Shown piece after piece: positions 38,424-52,362 of a stretch of 64,000 nt of DNA; position 1 is the first letter of the stretch, and every line of letters begins with the position of its first letter. The stretch is from Octopus sinensis (Eukaryota), in contig NC_043019.1 in NCBI RefSeq assembly GCF_006345805.1, positions 21,699,360-21,763,359 on the forward strand, written 5' to 3'. The notes under the pieces were generated by a model. The model did not search any database and was not told where the DNA came from. It worked only from the letters and a program-made list of their open reading frames with translations. Both the position numbers and the translations under genes were made by a program.

Positions 38424-39499
38424 TAATAAATTTTAGATGGCTTTATTAATATTTAGCTTATTAGTAAGGTGGCAATCTGGAAGAATTGTTAGCATGCCAG
38501 GCAAAATGCTGAGCTCGTTCGTTTTTATGCTCTGAGTTCAAGTGCTGCCATGGTCGACTGCACCTTTCATCCTTTAAGGGTCAATAAAATAAGTTCCAGT
38601 CGAGCACTGGGGTCAATGTAATTGGCTTTTGCCCCTGCCCCAGAACTTGTTGGCGTTGTGCCAGAATTTGAAACCAATATTTTGTTCTTTAGTTCATTTC
38701 TAAATTTCCTCGTCTTAAGTGGATGTAACACCAACAAGGCATATTTAAATCATGTGATATTCCACTGAGGGCTTTAACTAACATATTTTCTTTGGCTTTA
38801 ATTATGTATATGTAACAGTTGAACTCTAAGTAGAAAGGCTATAAATAATGGGCTACAAAACGCTTCAGATAGAAAAATTCAAAGGCTGACTAATATTTAC
38901 ATGCCATTATTAAGTTGAACTGTTAAAAATGGATTATTTTATATTCTCTTAAAGATTCTAAACTCTTATGACATCAACTATATATATATGTATATCTGGA
39001 GTCAGTTCATTTGGCAAAAAATTCTTCAAGGCAGGGCCCCAGCATGGCTGCAGTCCAGTGACTAAAACAAGTAAAAGATAAAAGATTTTGTGCGTTCTAT
39101 TGTTCTTCAGTATTGTATGTTTCTTTGTCATTCCTCTGTACCAGATTTTTATTATATACAAATGTGCGTGCGAATGCATATGTAATCCTTCACTATTCAC
39201 GAGGTTCGACTGTAATTTAATTTGGAGACACCGAATAAGTAGTTGACATTTTATTAAATAGAGTTGCTTCCCTTTACATACGCTTAAAGATTAGACGATG
39301 CGAAGTGCTTTGTATTAAAACTATTGCTTTCCAGGTTTTAAATGAGTAAGAGGGACAAGACTTGAGCCCCCCACCCACCCACCTTTAACTACTGAAAGAA
39401 TGAATATTCCCTGCTTCCAGAATTTGATCATAGTGTAGTATGTAAGAGGTACATTCGAGAAATTTTGACTTTTTTTTTAGAAGAGGAAGTTATAACTTT

Positions 39500-39877
39500 C
39501 TCTTTACTCTTTTACTTGTTTTAGTCATTTGACTGTGGCCATACTGGAGCACTGACTTTAGTCGAGCAAATCGTCCCAAGAGCTTATTCTTTGTAAGCTT
39601 AGTACTTATTCTATCGGTCTCTTTTGCCAAACCGTTAAGTTACGGGGACGTAAACACAACCAGCATTGGTTGTCAAGCGATGTTGGGACAAACACAGACA
39701 CACAAACATACATATATATACATATACGATGGGCTTCTCCCAGTTTCCATATACCAAATCCACTCACAAGGCTTTGGTTGGCCTGAGGCTATAGTAGAAG
39801 ACACTTGCCCAAGGTGGGACTGAACCCGGGACCATGTGGTTGGTAAGCAAGCTACTTACCACACAGCCACTCCTGCA
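39500..39877 (-). mobile_element. SINE-A, full length
   Basis: Reverse complement match to 51231-51702. Confidence 0.88.
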
Positions 39878-40298
39878 CTCTGTTGTAGATTATTGTAATA
39901 TTACTATGTCATTACTATACATCTAACAAGCTGACCTGCCAACTTTTTTTATATTCTAGATTGGAGGAAATTGGCTGTAACAGCACTTTCAACACACCCT
40001 ACTAAACAATGCTTCTCCCAGCTGACTAGTCTGCAGAATGCAACGCAATAAAGTTTTGTGTTAAACAAGGCAAAAACACTACAAAAACTTATGAAATGCT
40101 CCAGACTGCTTATAGATTAACTTTTATGAGCCTAGCATCTGATTTTCGCTGGCACAAGAAGTTCAAGGGTGGTAGAGAGGAGGTGAGAGATGATGAGACG
40201 TGTGTGAGGGAGAGTGACGTCTGAACATCAGAGCTGGTTGAGAAAATTTACAATTTTCTGGATGAAGACCATCATGTATTTATAAAGACTATAAGTAT

Positions 40299-40525
40299 GC
40301 GAGCTGGCAGAAACGGTAGCACGCCGGGCGAAATGCGTAGCCGTATTTCGTCTTCCGTTACGTTCTGGGTTCAAATTCCGCCGAGGTTGACTTTGCCTTT
40401 CATCCTTTCGGGGTCGATAAATTAAGTACCAGTTACGCACTGGGGCCGATGGAATCGACTTAATCGCTTTGTCTGTCCTTGTTTGTCCCCTCTGTGTTTA
40501 GCCCCTTGTGGGTAGTAAAGAAATA
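40299..40525 (+). mobile_element. SINE-B inserted in the mariner ORF
   Basis: 9-bp TSD tataagtat at 40290-40298 and 40526-40534; transposase sequence resumes after it. Confidence 0.92.
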
Positions 40526-41499
40526 TATAAGTATAGTTTGGTGTTGGTGTGGCAACTGTACTCAGAATAATTCATGAAGATCTGAATATGTACAAAATTT
40601 GTGCAAAGTTTACGCCCAGGGTAACAAATAGAAGGAAAGACCCATTGGTGACAGCAGGGAGATGATTGAGCTCATAACATACAATCCAAGAGTAGTTGAG
40701 TCTCTGGTGATCTGAGACAAAAAGTTGGATCTACTGTTATAATCCAGAGACCGAGTGACAGAGTGCCTAATAAAAGCATTCTGGCCCAAGAAAAGCCCCA
40801 GACCCAAGAAAGCCAAGCAAAGCAAGTCCACCAGGAAGCTCATGATGATCCAATTTTTCAACAGCAAGAGCATCATCTACATCCACTTTGTGGAGATTTT
40901 GAGGGAGTTCAGGAAGAAATTTCACCACAAAAGGCCAGAGCTCTTCCACTCAGGTTGGTGGTACCTGCACCAGGACAATACACCAGTTCACATTTCCATC
41001 CTGGGAACCGACTACTTGACAGAGATGGGTATCAAAATTCCTCCGCATCCCCTACACAGTCCAAACTTTGCTCAGAACTTCAGGAGTAGTCATTTTGAAG
41101 ACATTGAGAAGATAGGAGACTGTTGCAAGAATCCAGGACACCTTCATTTTGCATAATACACTCTAGGTTGTATTTCACAATTATTTCATTTTGAGGTTTG
41201 TGTGTGTGTGTGTGTGCAAAGAACAAACGTAAAAGTCAGTGAGGGAGCCTCTATACACTCATATGATTTGCGAGAAATATTAGCCAGATTTCCCTCAAAT
41301 CACATGCTACTATCTTAAAAAAGAAAAGACATATTTAATAAATGTTCTTCTAAATAAATTATGTCCAAAAACATGTATGTTGGAATGGTCATGGTTGGCA
41401 CATACTTTGAGTGTAGATTTCCTTGCTAGGGAGTGATCATAGGCTAATGAATAACATCTGAGAAATAAAGAAAAAAAAGGAAAGAGACAAAAGAATTAC

Positions 41500-41871
41500 C
41501 TCATGTACTTGAACAGTTTCAAGAAACCCTTGAAGATCAGAGTCGGATTCCTGGGTCATCTCCATTTGGGATTCAGCAATCAACCTCTCCTGAATCTGGT
41601 GTTGGTTCTTCATTATTTTTGTCATGTCAAGATCTTCAGCCGAAGAGAGGGCTGAATTTATTTGTTGCAAACGCTCATCTAGCTGCACAGTAGCAATGAT
41701 GGGAGCAGAGGGGTTGATCTGCAGTGTTGGTTCATTGATGGCCCGTGCAACTATCAGCCGGACATTACTGCCAGACTGGCGAAGTACAGATGCCACCTGC
41801 TCTGAACTCATACCGCGCACATTGAAATCTCCTATTTGTAATATGTGGTCCCCACTGCGTAACCGGGTGTC
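41500..41871 (-). CDS. PATJ: PATJ/MPDZ-like exon B (C-terminal half of PDZ2 plus linker)
   Basis: ttttag|GAC ACC CGG ... CAT GAG|gtaatt; 372 nt, phase 0-0; DTRLRSGDHILQIGDFNVRGMSSEQVASVLRQSGSNVRLIVARAI...VQVHE continues exon A in frame. Confidence 0.95.
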
Positions 41872-42042
41872 CTAAAATATTTTAAATAAATATGTATTAG
41901 ATTTTACACATACATATCAAATATATATATATACATATATATAAACATAGCGATCAAACAGGTTGCAAATTGATAAAAAAAAAAGAGAGCACGCATAAAG
42001 AAACACATCTATACATATATGGCCATAAATAAATACATAGAT

Positions 42043-42620
42043 ACAAGACTTTTGTTAGCTGCTCTCCAGCCATCTATTTAAAACTGTATACAGCTATGGT
42101 ACGACCACACTTGGAATTCGCATCATCAGTTTGGAACCCCTATCTTGCTCAGAACATTGACCTCCTGGAATCTGTCCAGAGACGTGCAACCAAACGCATA
42201 CCCTCCATCAGACACCTACCATATTCTGAGCGTCTTGTTTCCCTGGGCATGGATTCACTGAAGCTCCGGCGTCTGGCGACGGACTTGGTAAACACCCACA
42301 AAGTTATCAACCACCTCACCAACAACAACACTGAACACCTTTTTGATCTCCATGTGTCTAACACACATGGACATGCCTACAAAGTCAGAAAACAACACAG
42401 CTCCCATGACTTTCGGAAACATTTTTTCACGCTCAGAGTTGCTGAAGCATGGAATAAACTGCCTGCGTCAGTTGTTGACTGCCATGACACTGCATCCTTT
42501 AAGGCCCTCATGCTTTCCGAAATCCGCCAAAACTACACCTGATTATATATACACTTTAGAGGAGTTGTAGTGCACCTGAGCACTGTACACAATTATTATT
42601 ATTATTATTATTATTATTAT
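42043..42620 (+). mobile_element. CR1-clade LINE 3' fragment
   Basis: LYTAMVRPHLEFASSVWNPY...LESVQRRATK...YSERL..L....L..RR...FFTLRVAEAWNKLP, stem-loop gtgcacctgagcac and (ATT)n tail. Confidence 0.92.
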
Positions 42621-42679
42621 ACATATTATTCTCAAATTTTTGGACATGAACACACATTAATATGGCAAATTAAAGAGGG

Positions 42680-43040
42680 AGCTTTATGTGGTCACTTCAC
42701 CTGCTAGAAACAGCAGTTAAACCTCCTTTACAATCAAAGTAAAAAGAGATCATATTGGATCATGTAGTGTTACATATCCCTAAAAACACAGAATGGATTG
42801 CCTTTGATCATAGGTCTGATTGATTAAGGTTTAGCATACAAGCCAACAAGAGAATCTCTACAATGTTATTCAATCTGCTGAAAAAAGCAGCCAAATCTCT
42901 CTCCAATGACACTCACCATCTTTTAAAAGAAAAACGATACATTACAGACCAACATACATTATGAGCAGAAACCAATATTTTATTGCCACAGATAGTAGGC
43001 CTCTTTCCAAATGTGGGGTTAGCCCAGGGCTAAACAATAG
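42680..43040 (+). repeat. Old dispersed repeat (Rep-E), two tandem copies
   Basis: ctgctagaaa(c/t)agcagccaaatct...ca(t/c)attggat.atgtagt...gcctttgatcataggtctg...gggctaaacaa; also at about 15620, 23790, 24020, 31580, 34800(-), 36680, 41270 and 54660(-). Confidence 0.65.
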
Positions 43041-43389
43041 AACTGGCTGATTTCATGCTACCTCTACTCAGTCAATTCTACTGAGAGCTAGCAAAAGGAA
43101 GGGCATCTGGCCATCCCTTTTCCTCTGCTAGCCACTTGATAATATTTTCATATTTGTTTCCCAATTCTAATAATTTTTATAATACTTTATGTCTAATTAT
43201 TTCTTTGTATAATAGTGCTCACTTGCTTAGTAAACATTGCTTTCATTATTTTATCACAGTCCTAATCTCTCTTTTTTAAACAAACATCAAGGCAGTCCAA
43301 CTACGGAGGGGAAAGCAGTTTGTCAAGTTTTATCTTCCCCTCAAAGCAACATAGAGATTTCAATTCAGAACCCACCTGTAAGCTTTGCA

Positions 43390-43503
<114 letters not shown>

Positions 43504-45235
43504 CAAACAATGAATGAAATAAACTTATTTGAAAAATTTGTATATATAAAAGGGCTTAACTACAAATGTATACACCCCCAACTTTATTGCTTCATAACAT
43601 CCTGAGAAATGGATACTTTTTAACAAAATTTTCTATAAATACCGCTTAGATGTTGTGGCTTCAGATTATATGAGAAAGAATTTTTCCAAGGGGATGAAGA
43701 GAGCAGTTTTGGAAAATTCACATGATCTGACGTTTTTCCCTCATAACTTTCAAGAGAATGGGTATCATTCAGTGAAAGTTTATACAAATACCTTTCATAC
43801 AGCATAGATTACAATTATAAAGAAATTTGTAGGGTAAATTTTTTCTGAGGAGGTGGGGAGAGGAGTTTTGGTCAAACAGAGTTTCGGATCAGGAAGACCA
43901 AATAAGTTAGAACTACTCCATTTTGATGGGGGATTTCCCACCACTTTTTTTAAACCACAGCCTTTGAAATGATGAAGTGTAGATAGGGGGCATCTTTGTA
44001 TAGGAAAAAGTTTTGAAAGAAATCTTTTTTACAACCGCTGACCCCTCATCATCCCACTCCAGACTTATTTTCGCCAATCTTTTTGCACTTTAAAACATGG
44101 GAGGAGTTTTTAAAATAGAAAAAAAAAAAAAACTGTTAAAATTCTCAGAGGGTAAAGTGAGTGATTTAAGGGAGATTTGGCTGTTGCTTCTAGTACATTT
44201 CAAGACAAACCTCCTCGTTTCTTTATCACTCTTGCATGTATTGATGTTTTTCGATATTTTACTCCCCGTAAATACATTTATATGCTATAAAAACTAAAAT
44301 TTGCAAAATTATGAATTTTTTGCAATCCCACTCACTGCCCCAGATTGGTTCTGTTTATAATTTAAAATACTGGAGAGCCTGAGGTCATTGCTGGCATTTA
44401 TCCACATTGATTTAAAAAAAGGAGTTAATTAAACAATAATTCATTTTAAAAGTATACATTTCTGTTAGAAAATGTTTTTTCTTACACACACACACAAAGC
44501 TTTGCTTGATTGAGGTAGGAGTACAAGTTTAGATTACAATTTAGTTGTTGTTGCTTACATTCCAGCAATGGACCACGCATATATTACTTTGGCATCATCA
44601 TTCCATAGAATGTGTTTAATGGGAGAAAAATATTAAAAAAACATCAATACATGTGAGTGTGAAAATGGAGGGTGGTTTGGGTTTGCTAGAAACAGCAGTC
44701 AAACCACCCCTGAATTGTTCACCATTTCCTCTGAAAATATTTACAATTATTATTATTTTTTTTACCGAAAAGGCTCTTCCCCTGGTTTTTGTTTTAAAAA
44801 AAATGGCCAAAATTGGCCCAGGTAGTTATTATAAGGCTTATAGCATCCCAAGCAGCCATAATAACAAAATCACTTCTTAATTTCTTTTATGAAAATTATA
44901 TGGGTATATTAAAAATTTTTCATTCAATAAATAATGTTTTCATATTGTGGGTTTTGCAAATAGCAAATTAAAATTTGAAATGTAAATATTGACATAAAGA
45001 GTGAGAGACTTTGCAACTGAAAACAGACAACTCTGCAGTGAATGTAATGAATATTTAAATTTGTGAAAAATTGGAGTTCAAAAATTCAATAAACTTCTGA
45101 AATTGAAATTATCAGAAATTTCTTGGAACGTGAATCTATTAAAAAACTCCCAGATGGTTAAGCCTATAATAATTGCTTTCTTTTGGTACTTGTTACATAC
45201 CTAATTAATAAGCAGCTTTCTCCATTATATATATA

Positions 45236-45410
45236 TTGGGTCATCCCATAAATAATGCAGTTTTTTCAATTGCATGAACTAAAAGTCAGAGGGGGGGCAG
45301 GATCAACTTGCTATAAAAGCAGGTAGTAATTTTACTTTGTACTTATTCTTAGTTCAAGTTTTGAAGAGTGCAGATAGATTTTAACAGAATTAATATTTTT
45401 GTGTTCACAT
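45236..45410 (+). mobile_element. Mariner-like 5' terminal fragment
   Basis: ta|ttgggtcatcccataaataatgc resembles mariner TIRs and is followed by tataaaagc; no partner TIR seen. Confidence 0.4.
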
Positions 45411-46822
45411 GTAGGATTCTTTTATGTTTATTTCTTTTGTTGATTCTGTTCCTTTAAATCTTAACTCTTATATGTATTACTTTTTTTTTCATCGTGATGC
45501 AAATAAAATTAACTAAGTATCCACTATATTTCTTCTCCATTTTCTTTTATTAACTTTACACATTATTGGACAGTTTATCCATTTATATTGTGGAACTTTC
45601 TTTCAATATATTTGATAACACCAGTTGATATTTGGATTTTTTAAAAGAAAATCCCTTAGGAGGAAATTACATCCGCAATATTTGTGTGTGTATGGGGGGT
45701 GTATAAAATCATCTTTGTTTTAAACAGCCACCTCTCCACGCTTGTATGCATCAGACAGAATCTAATGAGATTGAACTATCATCCACCAGCTAAACTACTA
45801 CACTTCACACTTAATCAATGCTTATCTGCACTATTCCATCGTCTCATGGATTTAATAATGTGTTCAAACCCAAATTCCAGGAATGTTACTAAATATAACA
45901 GTGGCATGAAGAAGGCCAGAGGGTATGTATAATGCCTGAAACATTGTAATAGTAACAACCAAGATAAAAGGGACACTAGTCTAAAATACATCAAAGTATA
46001 ATAATTTGTTCTTTATCTTTCTGGGATTGATAAAATGATGATCAGTCAAGAAAAGGGATCAATCTGATCTTCTATACCTTCTCTCTAAAGATTTGTGACC
46101 GATGCTGGAATTTAATATATTCTGCCAAGCTTTACGGTAGCTTAACAAAACAGATTGAACATTACATTTTGCTCTGACCGGAAAATACAAAGTGCATTAT
46201 TTTAAGAAAAAGGGCAGCCAATTACAAAAAGTAATTGCTGTATTAAGAACTTTTTACATAGTTGATTAACTTGCTCAATGTAGCAGTAACACCTCTATCA
46301 ATGAACGTCCTGTAAGTCATTAAAACGAAAATCTTAAGTTGTTAAGATATTTCACCTACAACAAAGATGTGTGAGCCACTGCTGGAAGCTGATCAAGCAA
46401 TTATGTTTAACTGAAACGAAAACGGTGACAAAATGCTTAAGGGTACTACCAAGAGAGAAAATGCCATGGAAATTAATCAGTGTCTTAATAGAATGGATAT
46501 TAGTAGAAATAAGGAAACATGTAGCAAAAACGATAACTGCATTTGCATTCTGCTTTTCTGATGGGAGAAAGAGTGAGAAAGAAGTGGGGTGAGACAGAGT
46601 AAAGCAAAGCAAGGTGCCACATACATATATATACAAGATGCTGGTTTTTTAAGTTTTTCAACTACCACCTTGCCATAATTCCTCAGTAGAACAGAACAGA
46701 GTTTCACAAAATCAACTATGTGGTGGTGGTAGTGGTGGCAGAGGAGGCCAATCTTCTGATCAAAGCAAGGAAACTATGTTTCTATTCAACACTCAAATTG
46801 CAGATACAGCTGGTCGACCACA

Positions 46823-46941
46823 ACTCCTGACAAGAGTGTCACTCCTGCCAAGAGTGTCACTCCTGCCAAGAGTGTCACTCCTGCCAAGAGTGTCACTCCT
46901 GCCAAGAGTGTCACTCCTGCCAAGAGTGACACTCCTGCCAA
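46823..46941. repeat. 18-bp minisatellite ACTCCTGCCAAGAGTGTC, ~6.5 copies
   Basis: Direct reading; produces the RVSLLP ORF artefact. Confidence 0.95.
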
Positions 46942-47816
46942 CATCTGACACTATGTAACAGGAAGTAGGAACTGAACTCAGAAATACTGTTGATCCTCTG
47001 CTTTGAAGTAGTACTTTATCGCTAAAGTCTAAAAGGTTAAAAGGTGAAGCTGTCATTGGGAGGAACAGATACTACAAAACATTTAACAAAAGTTCGAATG
47101 TATCTGCCAATTTGCAGTCTCTTTTCTGAAGTAATTTCACACAAATATCTGAATTTTCCAAACCATTAAAAATGTGTGTGTGAATTTACACATAAGTGAG
47201 CCCCACTTTTCCCAGTTTACCTGTGTCATGCCTTCCCCACCATCCTTTATCTCTCTCTATCACTAATCCCTCCATCCCTCTCCTAACTACTGCATCATTC
47301 TGCTGTTGTAATTAAATATTTTCTACAATAGGTACAAGATCTAAAATTTGTGGGGAGGGGTAGTCACTTACATTAACCCCAGTGCTGATCTGGTACTTAG
47401 CTTATTGACTCCCAAAAGGATGAACAACAAAGTTGACCTCAGCAAGATTTGAACTCAAAACATAAAGCTGGGAGAAATACAATTAAGCATTTTGTCTGGT
47501 GAGCTAACAATTCTGACAGCAGGACCACATATATTCATCATCCTTTTCTGTGCAACCAGTTATCCCTCTCATGACCCAGAACCACTTCCTTTGATAGCCA
47601 TCCCTCATTCTTAACATTATCTACTTACTCCCAATCACATTTCCCATTGATCACCCTTCCTATGTGTCCATTTATCTCTCACTCTTCTTAAATCATTTCT
47701 TATTGACTCTCCCTTATATATTCCTGACCACCTATCACTATATGTCTAACTCTCCTCAGACACTCTTATAACATACCCACCCATCATCTCCTTCTTTCTC
47801 TCATCTTCTCTCTTTA

Positions 47817-48036
47817 AGGCAGCAAGCTAGCAGAATTGTTAGCACACCGGGCAAAATGCCTTGTGGGGTTTCGTCCATCTTCACATTCTGAGTTCAAATT
47901 CTGCCAAGGTCAACCTTACCTTTCATCCTTTCGGGGTTGATAAATTAAGTGCCAGTCAAGTACTGGGACCAATGTGATCAACTATACCCCTCCTCTTAAA
48001 TTTCAGACCTTGTACCTATAGTACAAAGGATTATTA
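47817..48036 (+). mobile_element. SINE-B, alternative-tail subfamily
   Basis: SINE-B head and core, then aaatttcagaccttgtacctatagtacaaaggattatt instead of the gccccttgtgggtagtaaagaaata tail; also at 28645, 38467, 47320(-), 49820, 52588(-), 55509 and 55775. Confidence 0.8.
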
Positions 48037-50024
48037 TCACCTTCACCCACCTATCTTCCCTCCAATTCATCAGCTGAATCACTCTCTTTACACACACTTG
48101 CAACCCCTACCTATCCACCCTTCCAGATCTTCTATCCCCACTCTCTTACGTTCATCTTCTTGTACTTTGAAGACACACTCTATCACCTTGTCATGACCTT
48201 CTTATTTCTCTGTATCTAATTTGATTATTCCCACCTACCCTTACATAAAGCAAGGTAGCCCTGTATCTCTTTTACAGCAAGAAACCTGTTCCTACCCTTT
48301 ATTTCATACTTTAACCTCTCAATCCCTAGCATAAAGCTAACTTCCTCTCTACTACACTCCCTCTCAGTTGAGAGGGCTCTTTACTTTTGGGAGTTACATG
48401 GTGACCTCACTAGTACTGATGACATGAAAAAAAAAGGGCCCAATACCTTCTATAAAGAGGTTGGCATTAGGAAGGGCATCCAAATGTAGAAAACATGTCA
48501 GAATAGACACTGGAGTATGATGCAATCCAGTCAATACTATTGAACCATCCAACTCATGCCTGCATGTATGACAGACATTAAATGATGATGATGATGATTA
48601 GATGAAAACAGGTAGAAAAAAGGGAGATTCTTGCAAAATATATACATCATCATGTATGCCATACATCCTACATATACTACATATGCATCTATGCTATATA
48701 TGGTAGTACTTGTATAATAATATTTTATAGCATGCTTAAACACACTTGAAATAATGTTATAAAAATGAGAAGACTCACATTATAACATACTTTAAAACTC
48801 ACACAATACCTGTATGTGTACAGATGTATGCATAACAAGTTTAATGTGTGTGAGTGTGTGTGTGTGTGTGTGTGCATGTGTGTGTGTTTGTACATAATAT
48901 AATATTTGTTTTAATGCCAAGGTTACCTATACAAACATTTAAACATTAAACTCAATACTCTTCAGTAGAATACATGTTTATTAAACTTTTACAAGGTAAA
49001 AGTTGATAGTGACTTTGAAGTTTAGGTTTGTTTACCCTTGTATATAAAATCTTTAAAATACATTTTTAACAAATTGAATATCCTCAAATGTACAATCAAA
49101 AACTTAAAATTCTCTGTGCGTGTATGTACACAAACACACAAGACATTCTGTAATAGTACAATATTACAAAAGACGCATGCACACACAAACATAAACAGGA
49201 TTTTTTTTGAGGTTTTTTTTAAATTTGGAAAATATTAAATGCCAATAAATCATATTTCCAGAAACAATCACCGCACAAAATAGCAATAAATAAACAGAGT
49301 GGAAGTAAACCAAAAATAAAGAATTTTAAATCAAGAATCATAAAATATCTCCACATTGTTTTGGTAATTTATGTGTGTGTCATAGGAAGGGGATTAAATA
49401 TTCATTTCAAGACATCACTTCAATATAAAATGAAAAGTTCATGTTTAAATTTCATTAAAGAGGCCAGAGCTCTCCCTTTCTCTCTCTATCTCTCTCTCTC
49501 TCTCTCCCACACACACCAATCAGTAATAACATTTTAATTTCTTGTATCATTTATTTTAACAACTCAGTGATTATTGTTTCTTCTTTCCCTGGCAGAATTG
49601 TTAGAGCATCAGACAAAATGCCTTGCAACATATCTTCCCTCACTTTTATGTTCTGAGTTCAAGTCTTACCAAAGTCAACTTTATTTTATCAACCTCAGAA
49701 GAAAGAAAAGCAAAGTACCACTCAATTAGAGAGTTCAATACTATCAAATAACACTCTCGCCACAAAATTGCTGGCCATGTGCTTAAATCAGAAACCATCA
49801 TTATTATTATTATTATTGGTTCTGGCAGAATCATAACATGTTGGAAAAAATCCTTAGCAGCATTTCTTTTGGCTTTTTCAAAGTCTGAGGTCAAATTCTG
49901 CTGAGGTCGACTTTGCTTTTCATCCTTTTGCAGTTGATAAAATAAGTACCGATCAAATACTAGGGTTCATGTAATCAGCTTCCTTTTCCATTAAAAATTG
50001 CAGGGCTTATGCCAAAATTTAATG

Positions 50025-50102
50025 ATGACATCATTATCATCATCATCATCATCACCATTATTATTATTATTATCATTATTATTATCATTATTATTATTAT
50101 TA

Positions 50103-50169
<67 letters not shown>

Positions 50170-50180
50170 TATTATTATCT
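50025..50180. repeat. (ATC)n/(ATT)n compound trinucleotide repeat
   Basis: Direct reading; forms the tail of the preceding SINE-B copy. Confidence 0.9.
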
Positions 50181-50478
50181 GCATATCATGAGCTGAAGAA
50201 GTTATCAAATTTAAAATGTAATAGATTCATCTTATGTCACAAAAAGTGGTTGGAAAAATATTCATCGTCATCATCATCAGCATCGTCATCATCATCAATA
50301 TTATTATTATCATTAAGGTTTTCCATCAGCTATATGTATTCATGTGTGAATCACATAAATACTGTTAACTATATATCCTATACTTATATATAATGTCTAT
50401 CAAGCCGTGTACATATGCATGTGTGTGATAGTGTACATGCATATGTATATAAATGTGCATACACATACACACGCACTT

Positions 50479-50511
<33 letters not shown>

Positions 50512-51230
50512 CCTTCCTCTCTTTCTCACACACACACTCAATGTCTCTTCTCTCTCTCTCTCTATCGCTCTGTCTGACTCTCTCTCACACGTTCTTCATC
50601 TCTATTTTTCACAAGGAAGATTTAATGATCAGCCAAGTGTAAAATTATGAAATACACTTTAAAAGAAAAGGAGAAAAGAAACCAAACACACACAAAAAAA
50701 AAACCAAAATAAAAAGTATGAAAACCTCAACATTCAATCACTTCCCTCATACTGAAAAATATGTTGTTTTGAACTTAAAAAGAAAATAATAAAATCCCAT
50801 TTTTCTCAAATGGAAATTCTATTTTACAAAATAATGGACAACATCCTTTTCCGCCTCCTTCCTGCTGCCACTGTAATCACCACAACCACCGCTATGTTTT
50901 GAAGAAAACTGATAATGTTGAAGGAAACTGTTCAACTTCAATGAATACTCATTAATCAGTTGCTAATAGAAAGAGCAAGAAAAAAAAATACGATTAGCAT
51001 TTTCCCCCCATCCTCTCTCTCCTCCATGTGGTTGTGTGTGTATCAGATTTCAAAAAATTTAATGATATAGATATTTTTATGTTAAATGCTAAATTTGTAA
51101 AACACATCATGTAATCTACTTTAATGCTTCTTAAATAATAACTTGAGGTTTTTCTTTCTTTCATTGCTTGCTTATATATTCATCTATTTATGTCAGGTTT
51201 TCATTCGTTTACAGTTTTATTACATAAATA

Positions 51231-51417
51231 GGAGTGGCTGTGTGGTGAGTAGCTTGCTTACCAACCACATGGTTCAGGGTTCAGTCCCACTCCGTGGCAC
51301 CCTGGGCAAGTGTCTTCTACTATAGCCTCGGGTCGACCAAAGCCTTGTGAGTGGATTTGGTAGACGGAAACTGAAAGAAGCCCGTTATATATATGTATAT
51401 ATATATATATTATATAT

Positions 51418-51488
<71 letters not shown>

Positions 51489-51702
51489 ATGTTTTGTGTG
51501 TCTGTCTTTGTCCCCCCAACATCGCTTGACAACCAATGCTGGTGTGTTTACACCTCCGTAACTTAGCGGTTCGGCAAAAGAGACCAACAGAATAAATACT
51601 AGGCTTACAAAGAATAAGTCCCAGGGTCGATTTGCTCGACTAAAGGCGGTGCTCCAGCATGGCCACAGTCAAATGACTGAAACAAGTAAAAGAGTAAAAG
51701 AG
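51231..51702 (+). mobile_element. SINE-A, full length with expanded internal (TA)n(TG)n
   Basis: tRNA-like head ggagtggctgtgtggtgagtagc...ggttcagtccc, core ggcaagtgtcttctactatagcc, tail gactgaaacaagtaaaagagtaaaagag. Confidence 0.92.
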
Positions 51703-51754
51703 TATACACACACATCTATATTTATACATATACATACCTATATATACATATATG

Positions 51755-52362
51755 TGTGGCTGTGTGGCGGAAAGAAGTTTGCCTCCCAGCCACATGGTTA
51801 CTGGTTCAGTCCCACAGTGTGACACTTTGGGTAAGTGTCTTCTTCCATTGCTTTGAGCCAATCAAAGCCTTGAGTGGATTTGATAGACAGAAATCTTAAA
51901 GACAGCCATCGTGTATCTATATGTATGTATGTGTATGAGTGTGCATGTGTCTTTGTATCTGTGTTTGTCCCACACTATCTATTTCTTTACTACCCACAAG
52001 GGGTTAAACACAGAGAGGACAAACAAGGACAGACAAACGGATTAAGTCGATTACATCAACCCCAGTGCGTAACTGGTAACTGGTACTTAATTTATCGACC
52101 CCGAAAGGATGGAAGGCAAAGTCGATCTCAGCAGAATTTGAACTCAGAACGTAATGGCAGACAAAATACGGCTACGCATTTCGCCCGGTGTGCTAACGTT
52201 TCTGCCAGCTCGCTGCCACACTAGCATGTGACAACTAGTGTTGGTGTATTTGCGTCCCCATAACCTAATGGTTTGGCAAAAGAGACTGATAAAATAAGTA
52301 CCAGGCTTCAAAAAAAAAAAGTACTAGCATGGCTGTCAACTAATAACTGAAACAAGTAAAAG
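51755..52362 (+). mobile_element. SINE-A with an antisense SINE-B nested at 51978-52215
   Basis: TSD ccacacta at 51970-51977 and 52216-52223. Confidence 0.85.

Larger units (their letters stand above)
39443..41253 (+). pseudogene. Mariner transposon relic with two nested SINEs
   Basis: AIKFCVKQGKNTTKTYEML, FRWHKKFKGGREEVRDDE, KICAKFTPR, KRPELFHSGWWYLHQDNTPVH and PHPLHSPNFA motifs; frameshifted; end points approximate. Confidence 0.85.

Noticed and set aside
41624-41875. Plus-strand ORF antisense to exon B (likewise 24497-24760 over exon C)
   Set aside because: Shadow ORFs of real coding exons.
44616-44880. ORFs containing MEGGLGLL, resembling a PDZ GLGF loop
   Set aside because: Wrong strand for the gene, overlaps the Rep-E repeat motif (tgctagaaacagcag), and exons A and B already join in frame.
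46776-47056. Repeat-protein ORFs (RVSLLP / GRSDTL)
   Set aside because: By-product of the 18-bp minisatellite; no splice or homology support.
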